Part shown: positions 39,416 through 52,359 of the stretch, piece by piece
Layout of the letters: the number at the start of each line of letters is the position of its first letter
How positions within the stretch are numbered: the first letter of the stretch is position 1
NCBI GenBank assembly: GCA_030704615.1
Contig: CM060734.1
Span: 3,720,001-3,784,000 of the forward strand
Source: Takakia lepidozioides
Taxonomy: Eukaryota; Plantae; Bryophyta
Reading direction: 5' to 3'
DNA length: 64,000 bases
Program-made: the position numbers and the translations under genes
Notes under the pieces: model-generated
What the model was told of the DNA's origin: nothing
The model's database searches: none
The model's input: the letters and a program-made list of their open reading frames with translations, nothing else

Positions 39416-40426
39416 CCCTTAAACGACGACCGAATCGGGTTGGTTTTTCATCACGACGTCGTTTTGGCGGATGAAGTCGGATGAATCCGTTCCTGAACGA
39501 AAAAGGTAGCGCATGACGAGACGCACATGGGCGAATTTACGCAGCACGGAAAGGAGTAATGACGCGCCGCGTAGGAATTTTTGGAGTGGGCAGGGGGACC
39601 TAAAATCCATGGCCCTGGGCCTGCCAGCAAGCTTGACCAAGCGACGTGGCAGGCGAGGTACAGCACAGGGGCTGCCCTTGCCGGCGGGGGGCATGTCGGC
39701 CGCCTGTCCGCCCCTGTGGACACCCGCCGCTGCACGAGCGATTGGATTTCACGGGGGGCCCGTTGGTTTATCGGTTTTTCATGATGTGGCCCTGAAATCC
39801 TGCCGGGAAAGGTTGCCGGCCCGGCAGCTATTTGGCCTGAGTTGGGATGGGATGCAGAAATCACTAAGAACATGATCTCTCCCTGTGAATTTTTTGGAAT
39901 TGGAAATGGTTTGGACCATCCAGCAGGGACTGGTACATGGCATGTCTTCACCGTTGGAAGTAGGATTTCATGTAGAATGTGCTGTCCCCATGGGGTGTTT
40001 CAAGACAGTGGCAAAACATACAAATTTACCCCCACAATTTCACATACAAAGCAACCCATTGATTTTTTTGGAATTTGGGTCTGAGTTTTTGGGAGGGCAC
40101 TTGGTATGTGCCACAGATTGTCAGTATGGTGGGCATTCTGACAGGAAAACTCAACCCGATACAACAAATCTGGGGTCAAACCAAAGTTACCTCCACTTTT
40201 GGGGAGTGAACTTGTCAAAGTGGTGTTTTCTTTTGCTATAATCTCCAAATTCCAACGGTCAAATGTGCTGGATCTTTATGAGTAGGTGCATGTGGTAGTT
40301 ACATAGGTATTTATACGGTTCAAATCTGTGGATGATATGGTAAGGAGTTACACCCTCATCCATGAGGGTGTGTACTCTGTACCATTTTGGGGGTGGCCCA
40401 CCAAAACTTAGCTGGTCGCTTAAGGG
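39416..40426. mobile_element. piggyBac-like non-autonomous element (1011 bp)
   Basis: TTAA on both sides (39412-39415, 40427-40430); TIRs CCCTTAAACGAC / CCCTTAAGCGAC. Confidence 0.72.
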
Positions 40427-42289
40427 TTAAAACTAGTTGAATTAAGCTTGCCCTTGGTGGCCTATTAGGGTGTTACCCAATCCCTCAAAGATGTAAGCCT
40501 TATGGCCTCCTATCCTGGTTATTTTTTCCAGGACACCTTTATTAATATGAATTAAAGGGCTTCCTCCCCTTTTGTTAAAATTAGAAAAACAAACAGGGGA
40601 CGGTGGCCTTGGATAAACTTTATTGAGATTATTTGAAGGGAAAAAAATTAAAACCCTTAAAGGCCATTGGCCGCCATAAGGCCCAAACACACGGCGAACC
40701 GCGATGGATATCCCGAAGAAGCGTAATCGTTAACATTGTAGATCGCAAAAAATTAAACCCTTAAATGCCATTGGCAGCCATAAGGCCCAAACACACGGCG
40801 AACCGTGACATCTGTCAAGGACGTGGTGAGGGAAAATTCGCGGGGTCCTGTCAGTCCCCGTACCAGAATGATGAGTGGACAATGAATGCCATCTAATTTG
40901 ATGGTCATATATCCAATGTAAGCAGAAGGGTACTAGTATTCGCTTCGAGGCAAGGTTGGCCTAAGGAGGTATCCTACGCGAGGAAGGTCAGAGATGCTCC
41001 TGTGATTGCACGAAGTCGAGGAATGATAGCAATTTCAGAAAACATTCAGCTTCTATGAAGGCTTGGTGGCGTCAGTTCAGGAAACCTCACCCCCCCCCCT
41101 CTGCTTAGCAGCTGGTCGGTGGAATCGAATGTGACAATGTAGAGATACCGATCGTCCTCCACAGATAATTTGAGCCTCACGGACGTCGAGTGCTGGACCA
41201 TAAAGCCACCTGGTCTAGAGCCACATGCTTTCCCAGACTGATCAAACTTTGAAGAACTTAGCTCGCACACTTCGGACTTCAGACTTGCTACGTTCTTTCT
41301 ACTCTTCTTCTTCTTCGGTCCCTGTCCACAATTGCACATTTACAGATTTTCAGATCCTTTCATTTCAGATCGCCGATCCTATTTGGCCTCTGTTTTGTTT
41401 AGAATCTACTCTGTCAACTTTTGTACATGAACTGATTTTCTATCATGCTCTATGCATAATACTGGAATTCACATTCCAGACCGCCCAACCACCACACCGT
41501 GCCTCGTTCAATCACCCATCATGGGGCAGTGGAGGTCTGATCAGCATCTCCTTCTTCAAAGCCCGTTAGCTCTCCCCGCTTCAAAGCCCGCTAGCTCTCT
41601 CTGCCGTGCTTTTTCTTCTTCCTGCAGCTGCCATTTTTCCACGTTGAAGTATGGCCTCTTCAATCATTTACTGTAAGTTGCTAGCCACCTCACATATCAT
41701 CCCATTATTCTTTCTCACCGTTCCCAGCACATTCACTATGCGTAAGAACACGTTCTTAAATGTACTAGAGAACGGACCGTGTTTGGCCAATTCTGCCCTG
41801 CACGGTGACGGGCTCGCCCAAAGGCCGCTTACAGGGCAGAGTCGGCCCAACACGGCCCGTTCACTGGCGTTAAAAGCAAGGTGTGGCGTATTCTCACCTG
41901 GCGCAATATGATTGGGGTTCAATTATCCCATATCGATTGCCCAGATTCAGAGCCCCGGAGAGGATATAAACGGGAAGGCGGGCGGGTTGATGGCTGAAGG
42001 CTGCTGACATGGGCCTGGGGGGGTTGCTCTATCGTCCTCGGTGCATGATCGGCCATCCCTGCCGAATCGGCAGTACGCCCTGGGTCGCCCTGGGTGGCCG
42101 ATTCGGCTTGAGAATCGGTCGAAAAAACGGCAGAATACGCCACACCTGCTTTTAACGTTAGGTACGTAAGAAGACTGCTCCATGGCCCAATGCCATCTGA
42201 AGCTTCTACTTCCTGACTCGGTACATGAGCTGTCATTGATGAACTTGTCGGCCAGCTACTCGAGTCTGGCAACAAGGTGGGGTGGTTGC

Positions 42290-42692
42290 ATTGTCGTTTT
42301 CGGGTTGGCCACGACCTGCCCCTGCCTGTTACAAACCTCTCTCTGATAAGCGCACGACAGTCGACACTGCGACTGGGTTGAGATTGTCGAGGCAGAATGC
42401 GAGATCGGCCAGTTGCTTAGATAATTGCCCTTGTACCTCTTGCAAGCAGGCCTCCAGCTCTGCCACATGAGACTTTAAGATATGTCCAGCCTGCTCACCC
42501 TGATCGGCAATAGCGGCAGCAACAGAACCATTGTCGTTGCGGGATGACTTATCCACTAGCCCTTGTAACACCGCCTCTGCATTCCTCACTCTACTCGGGA
42601 GCTTTCTTATTGCATCTGATGCGGCTTGCTTGATTCCCTCCGCATTCAGTATCTGCTTCACCAATCGCAACAAGGCATCTAACAAGGCATCT
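42290..42692 (-). repeat. Inverted near-identical copy of 36223-36625
   Basis: Translations are identical except for a few substitutions. Confidence 0.95.
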
Positions 42693-43524
42693 GAAGGTGG
42701 TCTTGAAGGAGGTACCGGAGGGGGGTCTGCCCGTGATGGACCGGCATTAGATGGTCCGACATGTGAGGAACCACGAGTCTGTTGCGCAACACGTCAGTTA
42801 AGGTGAAATTGTAGTGGCAGGTTGTCATCATCAGAGGCTTCAACTTCCGCCCGGTTTAATGCAGGTAGATCGAAAGCAGGGCGAGAGACGCCACGTGGAA
42901 TTTGAGGCAGCTAATGAGGACATAGAAGGGTAAAACAACCGAGGGTCAGGTGCGTTCCGCCGAGGCTGAGTTAATGCGGCGTGTCGAGTATTGGGCGCAC
43001 TCGGCAAGTCAAAATGCACATTACTGGACTAGGTTAGTCCTTTGGAAGGCGGGGTCATCGGGCGGGGGAGGCATGACTTCTCTTATTTACGTGAACACAA
43101 GTGCAACGGTGAAACAGATTGGCCCTTACAAAAAATGAGGGTACGTTAGGACCCGTCACTGTAGGATTGTTGGCGATTCGCGAATACCGGAGCGTTGGGA
43201 GCTAACAGGAAAAAAACCCAAGTCCAAAAATCCGGAAAAGTCGTTGAGACAACATAACGACGAGTGTTTGGCAGTGAAGTTCCAGCATTCGGGTGTTATC
43301 TCATATTTTGCTGTGACTGCACGTGAGGTAGAGGGTTACACTCGCTGATGGAATGGGAGGACAACACGGGAGATGATGAATCTTGACAGAAAATGGGGCA
43401 ACGATTAGGACAACAGAGAGATTGTGAAGAAAAAAAAAACGGAAGAAGAGTTCTAGGAAACCGATCGCTTGCTTCGTTTCCGGAAAGTGCGCAGTAAACT
43501 TGCATAGGCACTAGTATGCATCAG

Positions 43525-44303
43525 GATGTTGTCCATAAGAACGGTGTCATGCACAACGACTTGTCCCCCGACAACATCTTGTTGCATTTTCAATATGGCA
43601 CCGAGAAGATTAAGATTGGGGTGTGTGATTGGGGCTTAGCCACCCCATTGGAGATCAAATCCTCGTCGTATCAGTTTGAAAACTGTCAAGGACGAGAACA
43701 TGACTGAACACAAACAAGAGATCAGACTAGATGTACAAGACTAGACAAGAAGTCAAGGTCGGCGTGACTGAATGCATGATGGGTAAACATGAATCAAGAT
43801 GATCTTCATAACAATGGACAAAAAGTACAAGATACTGGAACTCGACTTGAATACTGGAATGCTGGAAACTGGACTGGAGTACCAGATACTGGAAACTGGA
43901 CTAGAGTACTGGGACTGGAAACAAGAGTAGCTTGAACTTGTGTTGGCGAGACTGAAGAGTGTCCAGTCTCGCCTCATATATATACTGGCTACTAGGAAGT
44001 TTCCTAAGAAGCTTCCCCAATGGAGGTTTCTTGATGGAGAAGTTTTCTCAAACAAAGGAAGCTTCCTGAGCAGTTTCCCAAATTACTCTCGGTAATATGG
44101 CAAACTCTCGGTAACTTGATAACTTATAGTAACTTATGATAAATCATGGTAGATTATGATAAATCACGAGAAATCATGGTAATTTTTTGTAATATGGTAA
44201 CTTGGTAACTTCTGGTATTTACTCCTGATAAGTTCTTCTGGGCTATATCCGTGACAACAACAAATATAAGATGGACCGGGAACTCGCGAAAAGATGGTGG
44301 GTG
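43525..44303 (+). pseudogene. Protein kinase fragment interrupted by a solo LTR
   Basis: HNDLSPDNILL catalytic loop and VCDWGLA (DFG variant). The frame continues after the LTR as KYKMDRELAKRWWV, at the position of the activation-segment end. Confidence 0.75.
43684..44256 (-). mobile_element. Solo LTR
   Basis: TGTCA...TGACA termini; 5-bp TSD AAAAC/ACAAC (1 mismatch); removing it restores the kinase frame. Confidence 0.85.
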
Positions 44304-44676
44304 GAAAAAAAATATTGCATTGGTTTTAAATGCAGAAACGCCCCCCCTTCCCCCCAAGACATGACGTCGGAGGCCTGTGCCGTTGGGAAGATAACGGTAC
44401 GAATAAATGGCGGTGTTCATTATGATGTCAGTATGTTCGAGGACCAATCTACGGAAGGTTGTTAGGATTCAATCCTATGAAGGTTGTATGACAACGACAA
44501 GAAGGAGAGAGTCACATTAGCCCACGTAGTACGTCGATTCATGGGCAAGCCATTCTATTGGCCTGAACCCAAAGACGTATATAGGACGGAGTAGACCATA
44601 GTCTCGTAGATATTAGATTTGCAGCCATACAATTGTTCATTTGTGAAGACAAAACTCAATTTTGATCGTGCATGTA

Positions 44677-46830
44677 ATAAATAAAGTCCCATTGTAAATT
44701 CTACATTGCATATGCTCGACCCTCGCATCTGTCATCACAACATAAATGGTTTGTGTATTGTCTCACTGTTTATATATTTGTAATGTTCCAATGTTTCAGA
44801 TAGGGTTATGAGAAAACGATGTATTAGTTCCGTAGGAGTTAGACAACAAACGTCCCACATCTCATTCAAATGTGTGACAGTACTATGAGAGGCAAGGATC
44901 GGAAAGTAACAAGTGCACATGCGACCTCCGGAGTCCGAATGTTCGATACTGGGTCCAGCGAGTGGTCTACTTGAACATCTGGAGGTCGCATGTACACCTG
45001 TTACTTTTCGAATCATGCCTCTCATGGTAGTGTCGCACATCTGAAATGACATGTGAAACACTTGTTGTCGAACTCCCATGGACCCGTATCACGCTATCTC
45101 AGTACCATGTCAGAAACATTGGAACATTAGAACATACAAACAGTGACACAGTGCACGGCTGATTTTGTTGAAATGACATCTGTGAGGCTCGAGCGTATGC
45201 AATTTAATATTTACAACGGAACTTTATTTACTCGGGGGGCCGGTACTGCTCTTGGAGCGCAACTGATGGTGCGCGTGCTCTATTGATTGGAGCTGTCACA
45301 ACCAATGTCAACAATCCTATTTACTGTAAGGTGTTTGATGCTATTGTTATTCCTCTAGCTGAATTCTGTAGTAGTCTTTTTGCTATTCTCATGCCAACAA
45401 CATCAGGTCCTCTGAGACTGTCATGTTCAAACAAACGTATCAGCCACGGCCCACCACAAATAGAATGAATTGGAGATTTGGTGCTCAGTTGCTGGTTTCA
45501 TGTCCGTAGTGGCTAATACGGAATTCGGAATATGGCAGTTTCGGTGGACCTGATGTTGTTGGCATGGGAGTAGCAAAACGATTCCTATAGAAATCAGCTA
45601 CATGAACATCGGCCGTATCAAACACCTTGCAGTACATATGATTATTGAGATTGTTTGCACAAATTACTTGTATTTGTGCCTACAAGTGGCGAACATTTCC
45701 GCCATAGTGCGGAAGAGGTGCATTGGCCATATGAAACGGTTGATGTGATACCATTTTCACAAATGTATCACATCGCATTTGCGAAAATGTATCACATCAA
45801 CCGTTTCATGTGGCCTACGGGAGTCTTCGACTAGTACGAGATCAATGTGGCCTAGGGGAAGGCATGATTGGCAGACGAGGACGCGTTAGCTTCCACCAAC
45901 AAACATGAGATCATTTCAGAAGCGCTTCAAGTGACGAACGAAATGGTTCATCTGACATCATCCAAATGTTGAACATGTTGAGGTCTTCTGTAATGTGTTC
46001 TGCTTTGTAATGCGGTGCTTCTCTAGCTCTATTTTTTCCAATCTGGTGACATTCTCGATTTGGAACAGATCCACACGTATATAGAAATCCTTAAAAAACT
46101 AAATAACCATTAAAATTTGAAGCTGGGGATGAGGCTTCAAATTTTGATGGTTATTTGGTTTTTTAAGGATTTCTATACACATGTGGATCTGTTCCAGATC
46201 GAGAATGTCACCAGAAAGAGGACATGGAGGAGCACCGCATTATGAAACAGGAGACACTACAAAAAAAAGCTTCAAAAGGCATGACACCCATGAAAGGAGT
46301 TTGATCAATGGGCCATCGAATCATTCAATGTGCTATCGAATGGTTGATCATCCAAATGGTTTTTGTTTGCTTTCAAACTTTGCCACTATGTTCAACATAC
46401 CATGTAACAGGTCCCGGTACGAGATCAATGTGGCCTAGTGGGGAGACATGATTGGCAGACGATGACGCGTTAACTTGCACCAACAAACATGAGATCAATT
46501 AGAAGCGCTTCAAGTGACGAACAAAATGGTTCATCATCCAAATGTTCAACATGTTGAGGTCTTCTGTAATGTCTCTTGCTTCGTGATGAGATGCTTCTCC
46601 AACCTTCTTTTTTCAATCTGGTGATGTTCTCGATCTGGAACAGATCCACACATGTGTATAGAAATCTTTCAAAAACCGAATGACCATCAAAATTTGAAGT
46701 TGGGGATGAGGCTTCAAGTTTGAAAGTCACTTGGTGTTTGAATGATTTATGTACACATCTGTGACTGTGTTCTAGGTCGAGAATATCATCAGAAAGAGGA
46801 TATGGAGAAGCACCGCATTACGAAGCATGA
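44677..46830. repeat. Cluster of long imperfect foldbacks: ~44677-45231, 45300-45658, 45727-45815, ~45990-46250, ~46560-46830
   Basis: Arms are reverse complements, for example TTTTGCTATTCTCATGCCAACAACATCAGGTCC / GGACCTGATGTTGTTGGCATGGGAGTAGCAAAA. The last two foldbacks are duplicates of each other. Confidence 0.85.
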
Positions 46831-46859
46831 GACACTACAAAAATAGCTTCAAAAGACAA

Positions 46860-49800
46860 GGCACCCATGAAATGAGCTTCATCAATGGGCGATCGAATGG
46901 TTGAGCATTGAAATCATTTTTGTTTGCTTTCAAACTTTGTCATTATGTTCAACATACCATGTAATAGATCCCGGTGTAATATGAGATTAAATGAAATTCA
47001 TTCAATGGATGATCGAATAATTGACCATCCAAATGGTTTATATTTGCTTTCAAACTTTGCCACTATGTTCAACATACCATGTAACAGGTCCTGGTCTAAT
47101 ATGAGATGAAACAAAATTCATTCAATAGGCAATCAAATGGTTGAGCATCCAAATGATTTTTGTTTGCTTTCAAACTTTGCCACTATGTTCAACATACCAT
47201 GTTTCAAGTCCCGGTCTAATATGATATGAGAGAGAGATAACTCCGGCTTGCAGCCGGCATAACTAAGAGCCACTTCACCTTGCGGCTACTGCCCCCTTTC
47301 GGGGGTGGACCCTTTAAAGCTAGGGGGTGCCCGGAGGGCACATTGGGGACCTAGGGTAGGTGGTTGGGGGAGGGTACCCCAGGGGTAGGCGGAGTCAGGA
47401 GGTCAAAGAGGTATGCGACTCAAGTTGTCTTTTGTTGGTGATAATAGCAGTGAGGGAACGGAGTGCCGTCAGGTAGATAGCTTTAAAACATTTGTGGATA
47501 GAGATAAGTGGGATTTTGAAGTTATTGTGAAGGGCAGAGATACTGGCATTGTGTATTCCACCCCATGTGCCAACTATAATGACTATTATGGGGCTGATAG
47601 ACCAACCACGACGGCGAATAGCCTGAATGAGCGGGGCATATTTTTGGCGTTTTTCAAGTATAGAGGAGGCGGGGTAGTGGTCATTACAGTATGTAAACTC
47701 AATGAAGTGTATAGTGAGTTCAGGGGACGGTATGCTAGGAGGCGAGGTGCCGATAGGCAACCCGAGCACCAAGAGGATGTCGGGGTAGAGTCGGGCAGGG
47801 CATGTGCAGGGGGAGCGGGGTCTACACGAGCATGGTAGTAGCCATGTGGGCACCGTGTGGTCGGGAGGTCTACCCTGGTAGGTGCCTGCATTGATGAGGG
47901 AGAACCAACGTGTTTCAGGTCTATTTAGGAGGAGTTTGTGGATGTGCCAGATGGCATGGTTATGTCGGGTGACTCTGAGGCCATGAATGATAGGGTGAGT
48001 GCAGAGGCTAAGCAAATGTAGCCATGTATCCCGGGTCGGGTGTGTGTTCGCACATAGCGGGCAATTTGGGGAGGGATGGAGACGTGGCCAGAAGGTGTGT
48101 TTGCATTGCTGGCCCATGTATTGGGCATATCTGAATTTGAGAGTCTGCCTGATTTGGGCATCTGTGGCGATATTGGTGCGCCAAAAATGGTTAGATAATT
48201 TATGATGAAGAACCTCCGAGTGTGTCCATTTCTGGACATGTAGCTTGGTGAGGCTGGCGGAGGTCGAGGCTTGTTTATGGGCTTCGCGGGTAAGGGTGGT
48301 TGAGAGATTGCGAATAAGGCGAGGCAAATTGGGACCTGGAACTGGGTGGATGAACCAAAAGGGGTGCGTATGGGCAACGTGTATGGGTTTTGACGTAGGG
48401 TTCACCTTTGGACATGTAACCTCTTTCTGGGCGAAGAAATCGGCCATGTCGTTACGGGTGATGCCGGTGTGGGAGCGGATTTTAATGAAGTATATGGGTT
48501 GGTCTAAGGAGATGGCAAGATGAGCAATGACGGATATAAGGTTCCTGTCGGAGTGATAATGGTGAGAGGAAGGGCGGGAGAGGTGGTTAATATGATATGA
48601 AACGAAATTCATTCATTGGGCGATCGAATGGTTGAGCATCCAAATGATTTTGTTTGCTTTCAAACTTTGTCACTATGTTCAACATACCATGAATCAAGTC
48701 CCGGACTAATATGAGATCAATCAAAATTCATCCAATGGCTCAACGGATGGTTTCCCATCCAAATGATTTTGGTTTGCTTTGAGACTTTGCCAGTATGTTC
48801 AATGTACCATCTAACAGGTCCCCGAGTAATATGAGATCAATCAAAATTCATTCAATGGCTCAACGGATGGTTGCCCATCCAAATGATTTTGGTTCGCTTT
48901 GAAACTTTGCTAGTATGTTCAATGTACCATCTAACAGGTCCCAGAGTAATATGAGATCAATCGAAATTCATTCAATGGCTCAACGGATGGTTGCCCATCC
49001 AAATGATTTTGGTTCGCTTTGAGACTTTGCCAGTATGTTCAATGTACCATCTAACAGGTCCTAGAGTAATATGAGATCAAACAAAATTTGGTCAATGGGC
49101 CGATGAGGCGTTCACCTATCATCCAATTTTGTTCACTGGAAAAAAAAAAAATCTTGTCATGGGTGAACGACTATTACACCCATTGAACGGATGTGGTTGA
49201 AGCCCAACTTTTGGCCGCATGTGCTTGAATATGTGTGCAACACATGTGCGGAGATAGAACAGATAATTATTATTATTTAATTTTTTTATAAAAATTGCCT
49301 CCCAAACGACGCGCTCACCCTTCAACCAATTTAGAATTAAATAGAATTCAAATGAATTTCAAGCAAATAATTATGTTTACACTGTCTTCGATTGGGGGTT
49401 TCTGCTACGCCACGATCTTATTTTTGGCTCAATCTTATTCTATGGGTTCAACCCTCACACCGCTACAGCCCTGCAAAAATTTGGGCCAAACACAAATGGA
49501 AAAAAAATAAAAATAAAAATAAATCTCTTTGTTTACTATTGCAGAACTCTCTATGAAGAGTGCATGAAGTAGTAGACAAATCAAGTTTGGAGTGCAAATG
49601 AGGGAATAAACTGTGGTTTTGGGTCTAAGTGACTTTTGTTCACTCCCAAATTTGGCATCCACATTGTATATGCCGTCATTGGACATATGGTTCAAAAATG
49701 GAATTAAAAAAAAATCATGTGCACGCGAAACACAGTCCAACAGGTCCAGAGTAATAGTAGATCAAACGGAATTCAGTGAATGGGTCAACGGATCGTTGCC

Positions 49801-50470
49801 CATTGAAATGACTTTGGTTTGCTTTGAAACTTGCCAGTACGTTTGGTACACCCTCTCACAGGTCCCGGACTAATATGAGATCAATCGAAATTCGTTCAAT
49901 GGCTCAACGGATGGTTGCCCATCCAAATGATTTTGGTTCGCTTTGAGACTTTGCCAGTATGTTCAATGTACCAAGTAACAGGTCCCAGAGTAATATGAGA
50001 TCAAACAAAATTCGTTCAATGGGCCAATGAGGCGGTCACCTATCATCTAATTTTGTTCATTGGGAAAAAAAATCATGTCATGGGTAAACGACTATTACAC
50101 CCATTGAACGGATGTGGTTAAAGCCCAACTTTTGGCCACATGTGCTTGAATATGTGTGCAACATATGTGCGAAGGTACAACAAAAGAAAAAAACATTTGC
50201 CTCCCCAACGACGCGCTCACCCTTCAACCAATTTAGAATTAAATAAAATTTAAATGAATTTCAAGCAAATAATTAGGTTTACACTGTCTTTGATTGGGGG
50301 ATTCTGCTACGTAACAATTTTAGTTTTTCCTAAATCTTGTTCTGTCGGTTCAACCCTCACACCGCTACATCCATGCAAAAATGTGGGCCAAACAAATATG
50401 GAAGTATATATATATATATATAGTCTTCGCTCACTATTGCAGAACTCTCTATGAAGAGTGCATGAAGTAC
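46860..50470 (+). repeat. ~120-bp tandem subrepeats and a larger ~0.9-kb duplication, same family as the 26-34 kb satellite
   Basis: TAATATGAGATCAATCGAAATTCATTCAATGG...CCATCCAAATGATTTT units with 120-bp spacing at 48710-49080. CACTATTGCAGAACTCTCTATGAAGAGTGCA is shared with the satellite. Confidence 0.88.
47230..48587 (-). mobile_element. 5'-truncated non-LTR retrotransposon: RNase H, CCHC zinc knuckle and restriction-like endonuclease (Dualen/RandI-like)
   Basis: Open 405-codon frame with KIRSHTGITRNDMAD (RNase H), CPLC...HLLSLC, RHN, PDILLV...IEFTYC...KRQKY (PD-(D/E)xK RLE). (TC)n tail. Exact 13-bp TSD TAATATGATATGA at 47217-47229 and 48588-48600. Confidence 0.85.
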
Positions 50471-50879
50471 ATCAATTTTCCTTGTTCTGAAACTTTATGA
50501 GTTGATTGCAGATACCTACATACACATCATGATCAAATATGAGACCTTTGTAAATTTGTTTATAGGGTGAACCACTTCTTCCCCATCGCATGAGTGAAAA
50601 TGTGAAGAAAATGCTGCTCATGCAATTGAAATTGGCAGGTGCCGCATATGTGTATTAACAAAATATGTGCATATACAAAATTGGCGGAGTGCTATCAGTG
50701 TGTTATAAAAATTCAAGGTACACCAAAAATCCACATTGTCTATGTACTACGTTGCTAGCGATTCAAATCATAGTCGTCACTGTCAGTCTTCACTTGATGT
50801 TGATGAAGGGGGCAAGGGATGTGATGTTGTGGCCTGATTTGCACTGCCAATACGGAGAGCTGGGACTGTGATCTCGTGA

Positions 50880-52200
50880 TCAATGAGGGGCCCAATGATA
50901 TTGGATCAATGGTGGCCAGCATCCGCCTACTTTCCTAAGAAAGTTGACTTTCTTGCAGACTCTCACGACGTGACGGAGGTGGATCGACGGCAAGTGCTCG
51001 GGCTGCATACAAATCGGCAACGAGGCCGTCCACATTTAGCAACAGAGCCCCCGAAATACGATGAAAACGGTCTGTCCATAGTTACTTCCATTCCTCTACA
51101 ACTGCCTTGATGCTACCCTTGAAACTTTCCAACACCATGTCGCGGGCCCGGTCCCTAATCATTGTGTCGTCCCGACTAAGAGCCTCATCGTACGCCTCTT
51201 TCAATTGACAATGACATGTTATAGCATCTTCCAATTTGGACAGCAACTAATGTCTCCCAATCAGTTCTCGGTCATACAATTCGGTCTGTTCCGACACCCA
51301 TAGAACCTATGGGAGCCGGATAAACCTTGCCCTACTCTGACTCCAATGACTGTCATCGGCCGCAGAGTCAAGAACGTCTATAATTTCGTGAATGATGCGG
51401 TCAATACTGCGATCGGGCACTGTAAACTCCGCGGCCATGTTAACGTTGTTCGTTCCAACCTCATTGTGCAGAACAGTGTCTTCATTGTTTGGAGGCATGT
51501 TTTGAAATTTAACCTCCAACTCGGCTATGCGCAGTCTTTGTCATTCCACAAGGTCCTCCAGGGTCCTGATTCGGTGGTCTCTTTCCGCCAGTTGTTCCTC
51601 TAACGTTCCAGCCGGATGTTACACCGGTGCCTCGGGCACGCCCAGTATCATAGCCTGGGGTGTTCCAAACGTGTCTGGGATGTCGTCCAAATGGTATTGC
51701 ATCGTTGCGTTCCTCCTACTAGCAATTTGCAAATTCACTGGACGCAACAATATCACCTCCACGTCCAACATGACTGCCAAGGTGTACGGGATTTGGCCCT
51801 TAAAGAGTGGTTGACCCCACAATGTGCAATGCACCTCATTTGCCCTATGCTGGAAATGCAAGTTTGTGCAAGACCTGGACTCTGCGTAATTGTTTCTAGT
51901 TTGCACGTCATGCTTATGTCTAGGTCACAATCGATTGATGTGGTACCATTTCACGATTTTTTTGCATCTCACTATTGGCCATCTGAATTCTTGCGGAAAA
52001 CCTTCCAAGCCCTCTTCTGCTAGTATGTTAGGGTCATCATATACTTCCCAATTCAACTCTTGCCTTGACCATTTGATTTTTTTAGGGGGCGGTCCATGTT
52101 CATTGGGGTCATCTCTTCCATGACGCTCATCATCGTGACCCTCTGCCAACACTAAACAAGGTTTACTAAGAAGTAACGGACAGTTAAACACTAAAGCAAA
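50880..52200 (-). pseudogene. Degenerate TE-associated ORF fragments of unknown function
   Basis: Three consecutive protein-like minus-strand ORF pieces (52203-51925, 51906-51619, 51519-51307) with no recognised motif. Confidence 0.35.
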
Positions 52201-52359
52201 CATGGAAATGACTAAGAACTAAACGACAGGTAAGCACATGGCGATCTGGAAAGAAACAATACTATTGACCCTAAACCCGAAACGGGTTTGAATAAGTGTC
52301 AGAATAGTTCTTATAAGCTAATTTTGTAGAATGAAATGATCATGGCAGACAAAGGAGGC

